Positions 18,391 through 31,275 of a DNA stretch of 64,000 nt are shown here, in pieces. The stretch is from an uncultured Alphaproteobacteria bacterium (GTDB taxonomy: Bacteria > Pseudomonadota > Alphaproteobacteria > Rhizobiales > Beijerinckiaceae). Below the pieces are notes generated by a model. The model was given only the letters and a program-made list of their open reading frames with translations, was not told the origin of the DNA and searched no databases. The position numbers and the translations under genes were made by a program. The stretch spans positions 3,348 through 67,347 of the forward strand of contig CAVXCA010000026.1 in NCBI GenBank assembly GCA_963759955.1, given 5' to 3'. Positions within the stretch are counted from its first letter, which is position 1. Each line of letters begins with the position of its first letter.

Positions 18391-20262
18391 ATGGACGCTT
18401 CGCTGGAAGATCGAGCTCGGCCCACGCTGCGCCTGCTGACCTGCGGCTCCGTCGACGACGGCAAATCGACGCTGATCGGCCGCCTGCTCTACGAGCAGAA
18501 GCTGATTCTCGACGATCAGCTCTCGGCGCTCGAGCGCGACTCGAAGAAACACGGCACGGTCGGGGCGGAGATCGATTTCGCGCTGCTGGTCGACGGCCTG
18601 GAGGCCGAGCGCGAGCAGGGCATCACCATCGACGTCGCCCACCGCTATTTCGCCACGCCGCGCCGCTCGTTCATCGTCGCCGACACGCCCGGACACGAGC
18701 AATACACCCGCAACATGGCCACCGGCGCCTCGAACGCCGATCTGGCGATTCTGCTGGTCGACGCCCGCAAGGGCCTGCTCACCCAGACCCACCGCCACGC
18801 GATCATCGCCTCGCTGCTCGGCATCCGTCACGTCGTGCTGGCGGTCAACAAGATCGACCTCGTCGAATACGACGAGGCGACGTTCCGACGCATCGTCGCC
18901 GCGTTCGAGGAGTTCGCCAGACCGCTCGGCTTCCGATCGACGCTCGCGATTCCGATCTCGGCCCGCCACGGCGACAATGTTTCCTCGAAATCCACGCGCA
19001 CCCCCTGGTACGACGGACCGGCGCTGATCGATTATCTCGAACGCGTGGAAGTCGAGGAAGACCGCCGGCAAGCGCCGTTCCGCCTGCCGGTGCAATGGGT
19101 CAACCGGCCGCATTTGGATTTTCGCGGTTTCGCGGGAACGATCGCGAGCGGGGTCATCCGGCGCGGCGACGCGATCGTGGTGGCGTCCTCGGGCCGGCAG
19201 AGCGTGGTGACGACGATTCTGACCGCCGGCCGCGAAGCGGAGGAAGCGGGGCCGGGCGAGGCGGTGACGCTGACGCTCGCCGACGAGATCGACATCGCGC
19301 GCGGCGACGTGCTCGCGCGCCCCGACGCCCGCCCCGAAGTCGCCGATCAGTTCACCGCGCATCTCATCTGGATGAGCCAGGATCCGCTGCTGCCCGGCCG
19401 CTCCTACCTACTGAAAATCGGCGCGAAGACGACGCCGGCGACGGTGACCGAGCTCAAGCATCGCATCGACGTCGACAATCTCGACAAGCTCGCCGCCAAG
19501 ACGCTGGCGCTCAACGAGGTCGGCCTCGCCAATATCGCGACGACCATGCCGGTCGCCTACGACCCCTACCCCGAAAATCGCGAAACCGGGGCCTTCATCC
19601 TCATCGACCGCGTGACCAACGAAACCGCCGCCGCGGGCATGATCGCGCACGGCTTGCGCCGCGCCACCAACATTCACCGTCAAGGCCTGACGGTGACGCG
19701 CGAGGCTCACGCCGCCCTCAAGCATCAGCGCCCGGCGATTCTCTGGTTCACCGGCCTTTCCGGCGCCGGCAAGTCGACCATCGCCAACCTCGTCGAGTCG
19801 ACGCTGCTCGCGCGCGGCGTGCACACCGCGCTGCTCGACGGCGACAACGTCCGCCACGGCCTCAACAAGGATCTCGGCTTCACCGCCGCCGATCGCGTCG
19901 AGAACATCCGCCGCATCGCGGAAGTCGCGCGGTTGATGTCCGACGCCGGGCTGATCGTCCTCACCTCGTTCATTTCGCCGTTTCGCGCCGAGCGGCGCCT
20001 CGCGCGCGAAATCGCCGCGGCGGGCGAGTTCGTCGAAATCTACGTCGAGGCGCCGCTGGAGACGGTGATCGCGCGCGACCCCAAGGGCCTCTACAAGCGC
20101 GCGCTGGCCGGGCAGATTAAAAATTTCACCGGCATCGATCAGCCCTACGAAGCGCCAGAGGCGGCCGAACTCGTGCTCCACACCGCTCAATCGACGCCCG
20201 AAGCGCTCGCGGAGCGGGTGGTCGTCGAGTTGGCGGCGCGCGGCCATATCGATCGCCTGTAA
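18391..20262 (+). CDS. cysNC: Bifunctional sulfate adenylyltransferase subunit 1 / APS kinase (CysN/CysC, NodQ-like)
   Basis: [29 protein letters not shown]-terminal [11 protein letters not shown] and [10 protein letters not shown]. Confidence 0.95.
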   Translation: MDASLEDRARPTLRLLTCGSVDDGKSTLIGRLLYEQKLILDDQLSALERDSKKHGTVGAEIDFALLVDGLEAEREQGITIDVAHRYFATPRRSFIVADTPGHEQYTRNMATGASNADLAILLVDARKGLLTQTHRHAIIASLLGIRHVVLAVNKIDLVEYDEATFRRIVAAFEEFARPLGFRSTLAIPISARHGDNVSSKSTRTPWYDGPALIDYLERVEVEEDRRQAPFRLPVQWVNRPHLDFRGFAGTIASGVIRRGDAIVVASSGRQSVVTTILTAGREAEEAGPGEAVTLTLADEIDIARGDVLARPDARPEVADQFTAHLIWMSQDPLLPGRSYLLKIGAKTTPATVTELKHRIDVDNLDKLAAKTLALNEVGLANIATTMPVAYDPYPENRETGAFILIDRVTNETAAAGMIAHGLRRATNIHRQGLTVTREAHAALKHQRPAILWFTGLSGAGKSTIANLVESTLLARGVHTALLDGDNVRHGLNKDLGFTAADRVENIRRIAEVARLMSDAGLIVLTSFISPFRAERRLAREIAAAGEFVEIYVEAPLETVIARDPKGLYKRALAGQIKNFTGIDQPYEAPEAAELVLHTAQSTPEALAERVVVELAARGHIDRL

Positions 20263-20394
20263 CCCGTTCCCTCGCGGGCATTGCGCCCAGTCCAAAAACG
20301 CGCTTCGATGGGCCACGCCATACGGAAGGCGGCGGCGGTGCGCGCGGCGCGCCCGTCCGGCGCGCCCGAGTTGCGCGATTGTCAGGGGAGTTTC

Positions 20395-21984
20395 ATGAAA
20401 GCCATCGCCTTCGCCAGCCTCGGGCTGGCCGCCTTACTCTTGGCGTCGACCGCTGCGTCGGCCAAGACGCTCGTCTATTGTTCGGAAGGCAGTCCGGAGA
20501 ATTTCCAGCCGGCGATCAACACCACCGGCACCAGCTTCGACGCGGCGCGGCCGGTTTACAATCGCCTGACCGAATTCAAGCGCGGCACGACCGAAGTGAT
20601 CCCCGGCCTCGCGCAAAGCTGGGACATCGCCGACGGCGGCAAGACGATCACCTTCCATCTGCGCAAGGGCGTGAAGTTTCATTCGGTGAAGGATTTCAAG
20701 CCGACCCGCGACTTCAACTCCGACGACGTGCTGTTCTCGTTCGACCGGCAATGGAAGCCCGACCACCCCTACTACAAAGTCTCGGGCGGCAAGTACGACT
20801 ACTTCAACGATATGGACATGCCCACGCTACTCGATTCGATCGAGAAGAAGGACGATTACACCGTCGTCTTCAAGCTGAAGACGCCGGACGTCGCCATCCT
20901 CGCCAACCTGGCGATGGATTTCGCCTCCATCGCCTCGGCCGAATACGCCGACTTTCTGATGAAGAAGGGAACGCCGGAACAATTCGACCAGGTGCCCGTC
21001 GGCACCGGGCCGTTCTCCTTCGTCGCCTACCAGAAGGACTCGGTCATCCGCTATAAGGCCAACAAGGACTATTTCGGCGAGAAGCCGCTGGTCGACGACC
21101 TGATTTTCGCCATTACTCCCGACGCGACGGCGCGCTACGCCAAGCTGAAGGCGGGCGAATGCCACATCAACGGCTATCCGCGCCCAGCCGACCTCGCGGA
21201 AATGAAGAAGGACCCGTCGCTCAAAGTCCTCAGCGCCCCCGGCCTGAACATCGCGTTCTGGGCGTTCAACGTCACCAAGCCGCCGCTCGACAAGAAGGAA
21301 GTGCGTCAGGCGCTCAGCATGGCGATCGACCGCGACGCGATCATCAAGGACGTCTACCTCGGCGCCGGCGAGAAGGCCAAGACGCTGATCCCGCCCACCA
21401 TGTGGTCCTATGACGACAAGATCGTCGATTACCCCTACGATCCCGAGAAGGCGAAAGCGGCGTTGAAGGCCGCGGGCGTGACGACGCCGCTCGAAATCGA
21501 TCTGTGGTACATGCCGGTGCAGCGCCCTTACAATCCGAACGGCAAGCGCATCGGCGAAATGATGCAGGCCGACCTCGCAAAGATCGGCGTCGACGCCAAG
21601 CTCGTCACTTACGAATGGGGCGAGTACCGCAAGCGCGCCCAGGCCGGCGAAGACATGACGGCGCAGCTCGGCTGGACGGGCGACAACGGCGATCCCGACA
21701 ATTTCTTCTTCCTCGACGGCTGCACCGACAATAAGCCCGCGTCCAACAATATTCCCAAGTGGTGCAACGCCGAGTTCAACGATCTCTTGGTCAAAGCGCG
21801 CACGATTCCCGATCAGGCCGCCCGCGCCAAGCTCTATCAACGCATGCAGGAGATCGAGCACGATGAGGCGCCGGAATTGCTCCTCGCCCACTCGACCGTG
21901 TTCGAGGCGACGCGCGCCAACGTGACGGGCTACAAGCAGAGCCCGTTCGGCACGCACACCTTCGAAGGCGTCGACGTCAAGTAG
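20395..21984 (+). CDS. dppA: Dipeptide ABC transporter substrate-binding protein
   Basis: Signal peptide, LVYCSEGSPE, GTGPF and MPVQRPYNPN. Confidence 0.92.
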   Translation: MKAIAFASLGLAALLLASTAASAKTLVYCSEGSPENFQPAINTTGTSFDAARPVYNRLTEFKRGTTEVIPGLAQSWDIADGGKTITFHLRKGVKFHSVKDFKPTRDFNSDDVLFSFDRQWKPDHPYYKVSGGKYDYFNDMDMPTLLDSIEKKDDYTVVFKLKTPDVAILANLAMDFASIASAEYADFLMKKGTPEQFDQVPVGTGPFSFVAYQKDSVIRYKANKDYFGEKPLVDDLIFAITPDATARYAKLKAGECHINGYPRPADLAEMKKDPSLKVLSAPGLNIAFWAFNVTKPPLDKKEVRQALSMAIDRDAIIKDVYLGAGEKAKTLIPPTMWSYDDKIVDYPYDPEKAKAALKAAGVTTPLEIDLWYMPVQRPYNPNGKRIGEMMQADLAKIGVDAKLVTYEWGEYRKRAQAGEDMTAQLGWTGDNGDPDNFFFLDGCTDNKPASNNIPKWCNAEFNDLLVKARTIPDQAARAKLYQRMQEIEHDEAPELLLAHSTVFEATRANVTGYKQSPFGTHTFEGVDVK

Positions 21985-21993
21985 GCTCGGGCC

Positions 21994-22025
21994 GGGCCCC
22001 GCGCTTTCCCCACGGCGCGGGGCCC
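21994..22025. terminator. Intercistronic GC-rich stem-loop between dppA and dppB
   Basis: GGGCCCCGCGC / GCGCGGGGCCC inverted repeat. Confidence 0.6.
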
Positions 22026-22044
22026 ACATTTTCCTGGACGGCCC

Positions 22045-23058
22045 ATGCTGATTTATTTTGTCCGTCGGCTCGCGCTGACCATTCCGACGTTCTTTGCGCT
22101 GATGTTCGCGACTTTCGTCGCGATCCGTCTGGTGCCCGGCGATCCTGTGGAAGTACGGGTGGGCGAGCACGGCATTTCGCCTGAGCGGCTCGCCTTCTTC
22201 CGTCACCAATTGGGGCTCGATCTGCCGGTCTGGCGGCAATTCCTCGATTACGTCTGGCGCATCCTGCATGGCGATTTCGGCGTGTCGTTGGCGACACAGC
22301 AGAAAGTGCTGACCGAATTCCTCACCCTGTTCCCCGCGACGGTCGAATTGTCGATCTTCGCGATGGCGTTCGCGATTCTGGTCGGCGTTCCCGCCGGCGC
22401 GGTCGCCGCGGTCAAGCGCGGCGGATTCTTCGATCAGGCGCTGATGACGATCTCGCTGTTCGGCTATTCCATGCCGATCTTCTGGTGGGGCCTGCTGCTC
22501 ATCATGTTCGTGTCGGTGAAACTCGGCCTGACGCCGGTCGCCGGCCGCGTCGACCTCATCAACTTCTATTACGATCAGCCCACCGGCTTCATGACCGTCG
22601 ATGCGCTGCTGTCCGGTCAGCCCGGCGCTTTCCTCGATGCCCTTCATCATCTCATTCTGCCCGCCATCGTGCTCGGAACCGTGCCGCTCGGCGTGGTTGC
22701 GCGGATGACGCGCTCTTCGATGCTCGAAGTGCTGAGCGAGGACTACGTGCGCACCGCGCGCGCCAAGGGGCTCTCGCCGTTGCGGGTCATCGGCGTGCAC
22801 GCGCTACGCAACGCCCTGCTGCCGGTCGTCACGGTGATCGGCCTTTCGGTCTCGAGCCTGCTCGCCGGCGCGGTTCTCACCGAAACGATCTTCTCCTGGC
22901 CGGGGGTCGGCCATTGGCTGATCGAATCGATCAGCCGGCGCGATTACCCCGCGTTGCAAGGCGGAGTGATGCTGATCTCCGCGGTCGTCATCTCGGTCAA
23001 TCTCATCGTCGACCTCGTCTACGGCGCCATCAACCCGAGAATCCGCCATGGCCGCTGA
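22045..23058 (+). CDS. dppB: Dipeptide ABC permease
   Basis: PGDP, TM helices and EAA motif (EDYVRTARAKGL). Confidence 0.92.
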   Translation: MLIYFVRRLALTIPTFFALMFATFVAIRLVPGDPVEVRVGEHGISPERLAFFRHQLGLDLPVWRQFLDYVWRILHGDFGVSLATQQKVLTEFLTLFPATVELSIFAMAFAILVGVPAGAVAAVKRGGFFDQALMTISLFGYSMPIFWWGLLLIMFVSVKLGLTPVAGRVDLINFYYDQPTGFMTVDALLSGQPGAFLDALHHLILPAIVLGTVPLGVVARMTRSSMLEVLSEDYVRTARAKGLSPLRVIGVHALRNALLPVVTVIGLSVSSLLAGAVLTETIFSWPGVGHWLIESISRRDYPALQGGVMLISAVVISVNLIVDLVYGAINPRIRHGR

Positions 23059-23971
23059 CGTCGCGATTCCCGCTGCCGCCGCCGACGAGGGCGCGCGCGT
23101 CCTCGCGCAGCCCTCGCCGATCGCCGCCTTCTGGGCGGCGTTTCGCGAGAATAAAGGCGCTGTGCTCGGTCTCACGGTCGTCTTGACGATCATCGCCGTC
23201 GCGCTCGGCGCCGATTTCCTCGCGCCGCACTCGCCGATCGAGCAGTTTCGCGACGCGGTGCGCGCGCCGCCGGTCTGGCAGACCGGGGGCTCGTGGCGTT
23301 TCGCGCTCGGTACCGACGGCGACGGCCACGACACGCTTTCGCGACTGATCTACGGCGCGCGCGTTTCGCTGTTCATCGGCCTTTCCGTGATGAGCGTTTC
23401 GTTCGTCGTCGGCGTCGTGCTCGGCCTGGCCAGCGCGATGGCGGGCTCGGTCGCCGACGTTCTGATCACCCGCGTGATGGATCTCATCATGGCGGTGCCG
23501 AGCCTGGTGCTCGCCATCCTCGTCGTCGCCATCCTCGGGCCGAGCCTCGCCAACACCATCGTCGCGGTGACCATCGTCTATCTCCCGCGCTACGTGCGTC
23601 TGGTGCGCGCTTCGGCGCTGGGCGAGCTCAATAAGGACTATGTGACGGCGGCGCGCGTCGTCGGCGTCGGCCCGCTGCGGCTGACCTTTTCGACAGTGCT
23701 GCCGAACTGCCTCGCACCGCTCATCGTCCAGGCGGCGCTCGGCGTCTCGGATGCGATCCTCGAGGCCGCCGGCCTCGGCTTTCTCGGCTTGGGCGCGCAG
23801 CCGCCGACGCCGGAGTGGGGCGCCATGCTCGCCGATTCGCGCGAGTTCATCCGTTCCGATCCCTGGATCGTCACGTTGCCGGGTCTTGCGATCCTGATCA
23901 CCGTCGTCGCGATCAACCTGACCGGCGACGGGTTGCGCGACGCGCTCGATCCCAAGATGCGGCGGAGCTAG
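23048..23971 (+). CDS. dppC: Dipeptide ABC permease
   Basis: LGTDGDGHD, DYVTAARVVG and PPTPEWG. Confidence 0.92.
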   Translation: MAADVAIPAAAADEGARVLAQPSPIAAFWAAFRENKGAVLGLTVVLTIIAVALGADFLAPHSPIEQFRDAVRAPPVWQTGGSWRFALGTDGDGHDTLSRLIYGARVSLFIGLSVMSVSFVVGVVLGLASAMAGSVADVLITRVMDLIMAVPSLVLAILVVAILGPSLANTIVAVTIVYLPRYVRLVRASALGELNKDYVTAARVVGVGPLRLTFSTVLPNCLAPLIVQAALGVSDAILEAAGLGFLGLGAQPPTPEWGAMLADSREFIRSDPWIVTLPGLAILITVVAINLTGDGLRDALDPKMRRS

Positions 23972-23976
23972 GCGCC

Positions 23977-24971
23977 ATGCCCCTGCTCGAAGTGCGCAAT
24001 CTCAGCGTCGCCTTCGCCACCCGCCACGGCGAATTCCTGGCAGTGGACGGCGTTGACGTGACGGTCGACCGGGACGAGGTGCTCGCCATCGTCGGCGAGT
24101 CCGGTTCAGGCAAGTCGGTGGCGATGCTCGCGGTGATGGGCCTGCTGCCCTTCACCGCGCGCGTCAGCGCCGACCGCATGGCGTTCGACGGCGCTGACCT
24201 GATGACGATGACGCCCAAGGAGCGCCGTCGCATCGCCGGCAAGGATTTGGCGATGATCTTTCAGGAGCCGATGTCCTCGCTCAATCCGTGTTTCACCGTC
24301 GGCTTTCAGGTCGGCGAAGCGCTCAAGACCCATCTCGGCCTCGATCGCCGCGCCCGCGCAAAGCGCGTCGTCGAGCTGTTGGAGGAGGTCGGCATTCCCG
24401 ACCCCGCGAGCCGCACGAAGGCTTTTCCCCATCAGCTCTCCGGCGGCATGAGCCAGCGGGTGATGATCGCGATGGCGCTGGCGTGCCGGCCCAAGCTGCT
24501 GATCGCCGACGAGCCGACGACCGCGCTCGATGTGACGATCCAGGCGCAGATCCTCGATCTCCTGGTGTCGCTACGCAAGCAGAACGGCATGGGCCTGGTG
24601 CTCATCACCCACGACATGGGCGTCGTCGCCGAGACCGCCGATCGCGTCATCGTGCAATATGCGGGTCAGCAGGTGGAGGCGAACACGACGCGCGGCCTCT
24701 TCGCCGATCCGCACCATCCCTATACCGCGGCCCTGCTCGCCGCGCTTCCCGAACGCGCGACCGAGCGCCGCCTGCCGGCCATTCCCGGCGTCGTCCCCGG
24801 CCAGTTCGATCGGCCCAAGGGGTGCCTGTTCGCGCCGCGTTGCGCCTTTGTCTTCGACGCGTGCCGGCGCGCCGCGCCGACCCCCGCCGCGGCGGAGATG
24901 GGGCGCGCCCTGTGCTACACGCCGCTGAGCGGCGGCGTTCCGACGGCGGCGGCGAAGGCGGGGGCGCCCGC

Positions 24972-24975
<4 letters not shown>
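23977..24975 (+). CDS. dppD: Dipeptide ABC ATPase
   Basis: [23 protein letters not shown] and HPYT. Confidence 0.92.
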
Positions 24976-25930
<955 letters not shown>

Positions 25931-25934
<4 letters not shown>

Positions 25935-27547
25935 GCGCGAGCGAAACTTACGATTATATCGTCGTCGGCGCGGGGTCGGCGGGCTGCGTGCTCGCCAACC
26001 GGCTTTCCGCCGATCCGCGCAACCGCGTGTTGCTCCTCGAAGCGGGCGGGCGCGACAATTGGATCTGGCTGCATATCCCCGTCGGCTACCTCTATGCCAT
26101 CGGCGACCCGCGCGCCGACTGGTGCTTCAAGACGCAAAGCGAACCCGGCCTCAACGGCCGCGCGATCGCCTATCCGCGCGGCCGCGTCGTCGGCGGCTCG
26201 TCGGCCATCAACGGCATGATCTACATGCGCGGCCAAGCCGCCGACTACGACGGCTGGCGCCAACTCGGCCTCGAGGGCTGGGGCTGGAACGACGTCCTGC
26301 CGTTCTTCACGCGTCACGAAGACCACCACGCCGGCGCCAGCGCGCTGCACGGCGCCGGCGGCGAGTGGCGCGTCGAGCGCCAGCGCCTGTCCTGGCCGAT
26401 CCTCGACGCGGTGCGCGAGGCGGCGGCCGAAATCGGCATACCCAAAGTCGACGACTTCAATGGCGGCGACAACGAGGGCTGCGATTATTTCGAAGTCAAT
26501 CAGCGCCGCGGTCGGCGCTGGAGCGCGGCGCGCGGCTTTCTCGCGCCCGTCCTCAACCGCCCCAATCTGCGCCTCGTCACCGGCGCCCAAGCCGAACGGC
26601 TGGTCTTCGAAGGGCGCCGCGCCGTCGCCCTGCGCTACGCGCAAAGCGGGCGAAGTTTTGAGGCGCGCGCCCGGGGCGAGATCGTCCTCGCCGCCGGCGC
26701 GATCGGCACGCCGCAGCTTCTGGAGCTGTCGGGCGTCGGCCGCCCGGATGTCCTTGCCGGCCTCGGCCAAGAGGTCGTGCACGCGCTGCCCGGCGTCGGC
26801 GAGAACCTGCAGGACCATTTGCAGTTGCGGACCATCTTCCGCGTTTCCGGCGCGCGCACGCTGAACGTCGAGGCCCGCTCGCTGTTGCGACGCGCTGGAA
26901 TGGCGCTGGACTATGCGTTGCGGCGGCGCGGCCCGATGACGATGGCGCCCTCGCAACTCGGGCTGTTCGCCAAGACCTCGCCGGATTTCGCAACCGCCAA
27001 TGTGGAATTCCATGTCCAGCCGCTTTCGCTCGATCGTTTCGGCGAGCCCTTGCACGAGTTTCCCGCAATAACCCTCAGCGTGTGCAACTTGCGGCCTACA
27101 AGTTGTGGTTCATGTCATGCGGCAAGCGCGGACCCGCGCGCCGCGCTGGTCATCAAGCCGAACTATCTCACGTCGGATCAAGATGTTCGTGTCGCCGTCG
27201 ACTCGATCCGGCTCGCGCGTCGCCTTGCCGCCGCGCCGGCTTTGGCGCGCTACCGCCCCGATGAACTACGACCGGGGGTTGCGGCACAAAGCAACTTGGA
27301 GCTCGCGGCGGCGGCGGGCGAGATCGGCACGACGATTTTCCATCCCGTCGGCACCGCGAAAATGGGCCGCGACGACGATCCGGGCGCGGTGACCGACGCG
27401 CGGCTGCGCGTGCGCGGGCTGGCGGCATTGCGCGTCGCCGACGCCTCCGTGATGCCGCGCATCACCTCCGGCAACACCAATTCGCCGACCATGATGATCG
27501 CCGAGAAGGCCGCGGCGATGATTCTCGCCGACGCCGGGGGGCGGTGA
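25931..27547 (+). CDS. GMC family (choline dehydrogenase-like) flavoprotein oxidoreductase
   Basis: VGAGSAG, GGSSAING, GENLQDH, HPVGT and GNTNSP. Confidence 0.92.
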
Positions 27548-27548
27548 G

Positions 27549-28022
27549 ATGCGCGAGCCGCCGCCGCCCGGGCTCGTCGACGGCCGCCAGTCCGAGACGG
27601 CGTCGGGGATCGCGCGCGGGGTGCGCCGGCTGTTGCGCGCGCGGGGATTTTCCACTGTCACCGAGCTGCCGCTGCTCGACGGCCGCCGCGCCGACGTGGT
27701 CGCGCTCAACGGCGAGGGCGCGCTGCTGATCGTCGAGATCAAGTCGTCGGTCGCCGATTTTCGCGCCGACCACAAGTGGCGCGACTACGCCGCCCATTGC
27801 GACCGGCTCTATTTCGCTATTTCCGAACAAATGCCCGTCGAGATCATGCCCCTGGACGCCGGCCTGATCGTCGCCGACCCCTACGGCGCGGAAATCCTGC
27901 GCGAGGCGACGCCGCGCGCCATCGCCCCAGCGACCCGCCGCGCCGTGACGCTACGCTTCGCGCAAGCCGCCGCCGACCGGCTGCATCGCCTCGCCGACCC
28001 CGGCGCGCTGTCCGAATTCTGA
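27549..28022 (+). CDS. mmcB: MmcB-family putative DNA repair endonuclease
   Basis: GRRADVVAL, EIKSSVADFRADHKW and CDRLYF (PD-(D/E)xK-like). Confidence 0.85.
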   Translation: MREPPPPGLVDGRQSETASGIARGVRRLLRARGFSTVTELPLLDGRRADVVALNGEGALLIVEIKSSVADFRADHKWRDYAAHCDRLYFAISEQMPVEIMPLDAGLIVADPYGAEILREATPRAIAPATRRAVTLRFAQAAADRLHRLADPGALSEF

Positions 28023-28073
28023 TCCGTGCGTCCGCCGGCGCCTCGCCCGACCGCGCCGCGCCGCGGAAAGCCG

Positions 28074-29450
28074 CTATCGGCTTGCGGCCTGGTTCTGCGG
28101 GCAAGCCTCGTCGAACAGCAATGTCGCGTCGTCGGCGCCGACGGGATCGATCGTCACCGGCGGCTGGCTGGCGTGGGCCTCCCCGTCCGTCCCGGTGGGG
28201 GTTTCCCCGTTCGGTTCGATGAAACTGACGACGGCGCGCCCGTCGCGGTTCAGCCGGCAAAAGGCCTCGAGGGGAATCGCCACCCGCATCGGCTCGCCCG
28301 CGGCGGGCTTTGCCACGCGAAATTCCGCGCCCTCGGGATAGAGGATGAGGAAAATCCCCGAGCCGGGCGCCTCGACCGGCGCGCCGCCGGCCGAATCGCG
28401 CGCCAGGAAGGTCGCAAGCACCCCGCCGCCCCCGCGGCGGTAAGCGAACGACGCTTCGAGCGCCGCCGGGCGGCCCGCGAGCGGGCGTTCGAGCGGCGAG
28501 GCGACCTTCGCCGTAAAAAGCGATGCGGCGCCCGACTGCGCGTCGATCGGCTGTCCTCTCAAGCCGTTCGCCCCCGCGTCCTCGACGATGGGCGATGCGC
28601 CGTCGACCCAGATTGTCGCCAGACGCGAAGTCGCGAGTTCCTCGGCGGTCAGCCAGCGGACGTCCTTCGCCGGCGTCGTCAGCATCAGCTTCATCACGGG
28701 ATCGAGGACGCCCATTTCCTGGAGATAGCGGCCGACGCTGTCGTCGACGCCTCTATCGGCGGCCTTTCTCGTCGTCGCTGTCGAGCGGCGCTCGGCGACG
28801 AGCTTACGGGAGAGTTCGAGCTTCACGCCGGCCAGGACGAGATAGCGCACCGCGTACGAGCGCTTGACCTCGGTCTTGGTGACGAGCTCGGTCATTTGAT
28901 GAACGCCGACGAACGACAGCGGGCTGACGTATCGTTCGATTCCGCCGGCCAGCACGAGCGTGCACGCCGAAGCGCAATAGGCGCCGAACGACATCGCCGA
29001 GCCTCGCGCCTCGCCGCAATTCCTCACGCTCGCGGCGCAGGGCGCGATGGCGGTGTGGGCGACGACGACGGCCAGGCGCCTGGCGCGGATCAAGCGGCCC
29101 ATCGCGATCGCGTCTTGCACCGAGCCGCCGGCTGAATTGATGAGGATCGGCAGGCGGCGATCGCCGACCGCCGCGACGACGCGGGCCAGCGCGTCGGCCG
29201 TCCCTATGACGATCTTGCCTTCGGCCGATATCCATTCCGGGCAGTCCGGCTGGCAGGCCGAGCCGTCGCTCCTGACGCGGACGAATTGCATCGGGGCCTG
29301 GGAAATCGGCGCCGCCTGAGGCGCGGGCGCGGCCTCGCCATGGCGGGCCGCGACGGCCCCGCCCGCGAGCAGCGCGACTGTCACGACGACTCGCGCCGCG
29401 CGTGCGAGGACGCGACCCACGCGAGGGCGGAAATGTTGCGCGGAAAGCAT
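28074..29450 (-). CDS. Periplasmic ClpP/crotonase-fold protein (COG3904-like) with C-terminal extension
   Basis: Signal-like N-terminus, [22 protein letters not shown] and VGVHQ. Confidence 0.7.
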   Translation of the reverse strand: MLSAQHFRPRVGRVLARAARVVVTVALLAGGAVAARHGEAAPAPQAAPISQAPMQFVRVRSDGSACQPDCPEWISAEGKIVIGTADALARVVAAVGDRRLPILINSAGGSVQDAIAMGRLIRARRLAVVVAHTAIAPCAASVRNCGEARGSAMSFGAYCASACTLVLAGGIERYVSPLSFVGVHQMTELVTKTEVKRSYAVRYLVLAGVKLELSRKLVAERRSTATTRKAADRGVDDSVGRYLQEMGVLDPVMKLMLTTPAKDVRWLTAEELATSRLATIWVDGASPIVEDAGANGLRGQPIDAQSGAASLFTAKVASPLERPLAGRPAALEASFAYRRGGGGVLATFLARDSAGGAPVEAPGSGIFLILYPEGAEFRVAKPAAGEPMRVAIPLEAFCRLNRDGRAVVSFIEPNGETPTGTDGEAHASQPPVTIDPVGADDATLLFDEACPQNQAASR

Positions 29451-29535
29451 GTTGGCAATTATCGCGGCGGATGTTTCCCATGTCGAGCCCCGCGTCGGTT
29501 TCCATCGCACGCGCGCTTGTGCTAACGAACCGCGC

Positions 29536-30390
29536 ATGACCACTCGCATCGATCGCCGTTTCGCCGCCCTGAGCGCCCAGCGCCGCGCCGCGCTCGTCAC
29601 CTTCGTGATGGCGGGCGATCCGGACGCGGCGACGTCGCTCGCGATCGTCGAGGCGTTGCCGAAGGCCGGCGCCGACGTGATCGAGATCGGCATGCCGTTC
29701 ACCGATCCGATGGCCGACGGGCCGGCGATTCAGGCTGCGGGCCTGCGCGCGCTTCATGGCGGGCAGACCTTGCGCAAGACCCTGGCGCTGGTGCGCGAAT
29801 TTCGCGCCGGGGACGCAGATACGCCGGTCTTGCTGATGGGCTATTACAACCCGATCTACGTCTACGGCGTCGAAGCGTTCCTGCGCGACGCCGACGCCGC
29901 CGGAGTCGACGGGCTGATCGTCGTCGACCTGCCGCCGGAGGAAGACGAGGAGTTGTGCCTGCCGGCGTTGAAGGCCGGGCTCAATTTCATCCGCCTGGCG
30001 GCGCCGACCACGGACGACAAGCGCCTTCCGACCGTTCTCGCCAACACCTCCGGCTTTGTCTATTATGTGTCGATCACCGGCATTACGGGTTCGGCGGCGC
30101 CCGACGCGTCGAAAGTCGGCGAGGCGGTTGCGCGCATCAAGCGCCACACGGATCTGCCGGTCGCAGTCGGGTTCGGCGTCAAGGACGCCGCGAGCGCGGC
30201 CGGCATCGCCGCCAAGGCGGACGGTGTCGTCGTCGGATCGGCGCTGGTCGACGCCTTGCGCGCCTCGCTCGTCGACGGCAAGGCGGGGCCCGGCACGGTC
30301 GCCGCGGTCGCCGGGCTGGTCGAGAAGATCGCGGCCGGCGTGCGCGGCGTCGTCAAGGCCGCGCCGGAGTTAGCGAGGGAAGGCCGATGA
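29536..30390 (+). CDS. trpA: Tryptophan synthase alpha chain
   Basis: [31 protein letters not shown] and VGFGV. Confidence 0.97.
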   Translation: MTTRIDRRFAALSAQRRAALVTFVMAGDPDAATSLAIVEALPKAGADVIEIGMPFTDPMADGPAIQAAGLRALHGGQTLRKTLALVREFRAGDADTPVLLMGYYNPIYVYGVEAFLRDADAAGVDGLIVVDLPPEEDEELCLPALKAGLNFIRLAAPTTDDKRLPTVLANTSGFVYYVSITGITGSAAPDASKVGEAVARIKRHTDLPVAVGFGVKDAASAAGIAAKADGVVVGSALVDALRASLVDGKAGPGTVAAVAGLVEKIAAGVRGVVKAAPELAREGR

Positions 30391-31253
30391 ACTGGATTTC
30401 CAACGTCGTCCCGCCGAAGATCCGCTCCTTCCTGCGGCGCGACACGCCGGAAAACCTGTGGGTCAAGTGCCCCGAGAGCGGCCAGCTCGTCTTCCACAAG
30501 GACCTCGAAGCCAATCTCATGGTGGTGCCGGGCTCCGGCTACCACATGGCGATCGCCCCCAAGGCGCGCCTCGCCGCGCTGTTCGACGAAGGCCAATTCG
30601 AAGAGCTGCCGGTGCAGGAGACGCCGACCGACCCGTTGAAATTTCGCGACGTCAAGCGTTACGCCGACCGTCTCAAGGAGCACCGCGCCAAGACCGGATC
30701 TCAAGACGCTATCACGCTCGCGGTCGGCCGCATCGAGGGCCTCGCGACGACGGTGGCCGTGCACGACTTCGCGTTTCAGGGCGGCACGCTCGGCATCGCC
30801 GCGGGCGAGACGATCGTCACCGGGATGACCGAAGCGGTCGCGCGGCGCACGCCGTTCATCATCTTCACCGCCTCGGGCGGGGCGCGCATGCAGGAGGGCA
30901 TGTTCGCGCTGATGCAGATGCCGCGCACGACGGTGGCGGTCCAGCGCCTGCGCGCGGCCAAGCTGCCCTACATCGTGGTGCTGACCAATCCCACCACCGG
31001 CGGCGTCACCGCGTCCTATGCGATGCTCGGCGACGTGCAGATCGCCGAACCCGGCGCCGTGATCGGCTTCGCCGGCGCGCGCGTCATCGAACAGACCGTT
31101 CGCGAGCGTCTGCCCGAGGGCTTTCAGCGCGCCGAATTCCTTCAGGCTCACGGCATGGTCGACATGGTCGTGCCGCGTCCTCAGATGCGCGCGACGCTGG
31201 CGCGGCTGTGCCGGATGCTGACCAAGACGCCGGGCGAGCCGGCGGCGGCTTGA
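30387..31253 (+). CDS. accD: Acetyl-CoA carboxylase carboxyltransferase beta
   Basis: [14 protein letters not shown] and [10 protein letters not shown]. Confidence 0.97.
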   Translation: MNWISNVVPPKIRSFLRRDTPENLWVKCPESGQLVFHKDLEANLMVVPGSGYHMAIAPKARLAALFDEGQFEELPVQETPTDPLKFRDVKRYADRLKEHRAKTGSQDAITLAVGRIEGLATTVAVHDFAFQGGTLGIAAGETIVTGMTEAVARRTPFIIFTASGGARMQEGMFALMQMPRTTVAVQRLRAAKLPYIVVLTNPTTGGVTASYAMLGDVQIAEPGAVIGFAGARVIEQTVRERLPEGFQRAEFLQAHGMVDMVVPRPQMRATLARLCRMLTKTPGEPAAA

Positions 31254-31275
31254 CGGGCCGAGTGCGGAGCGCCGC

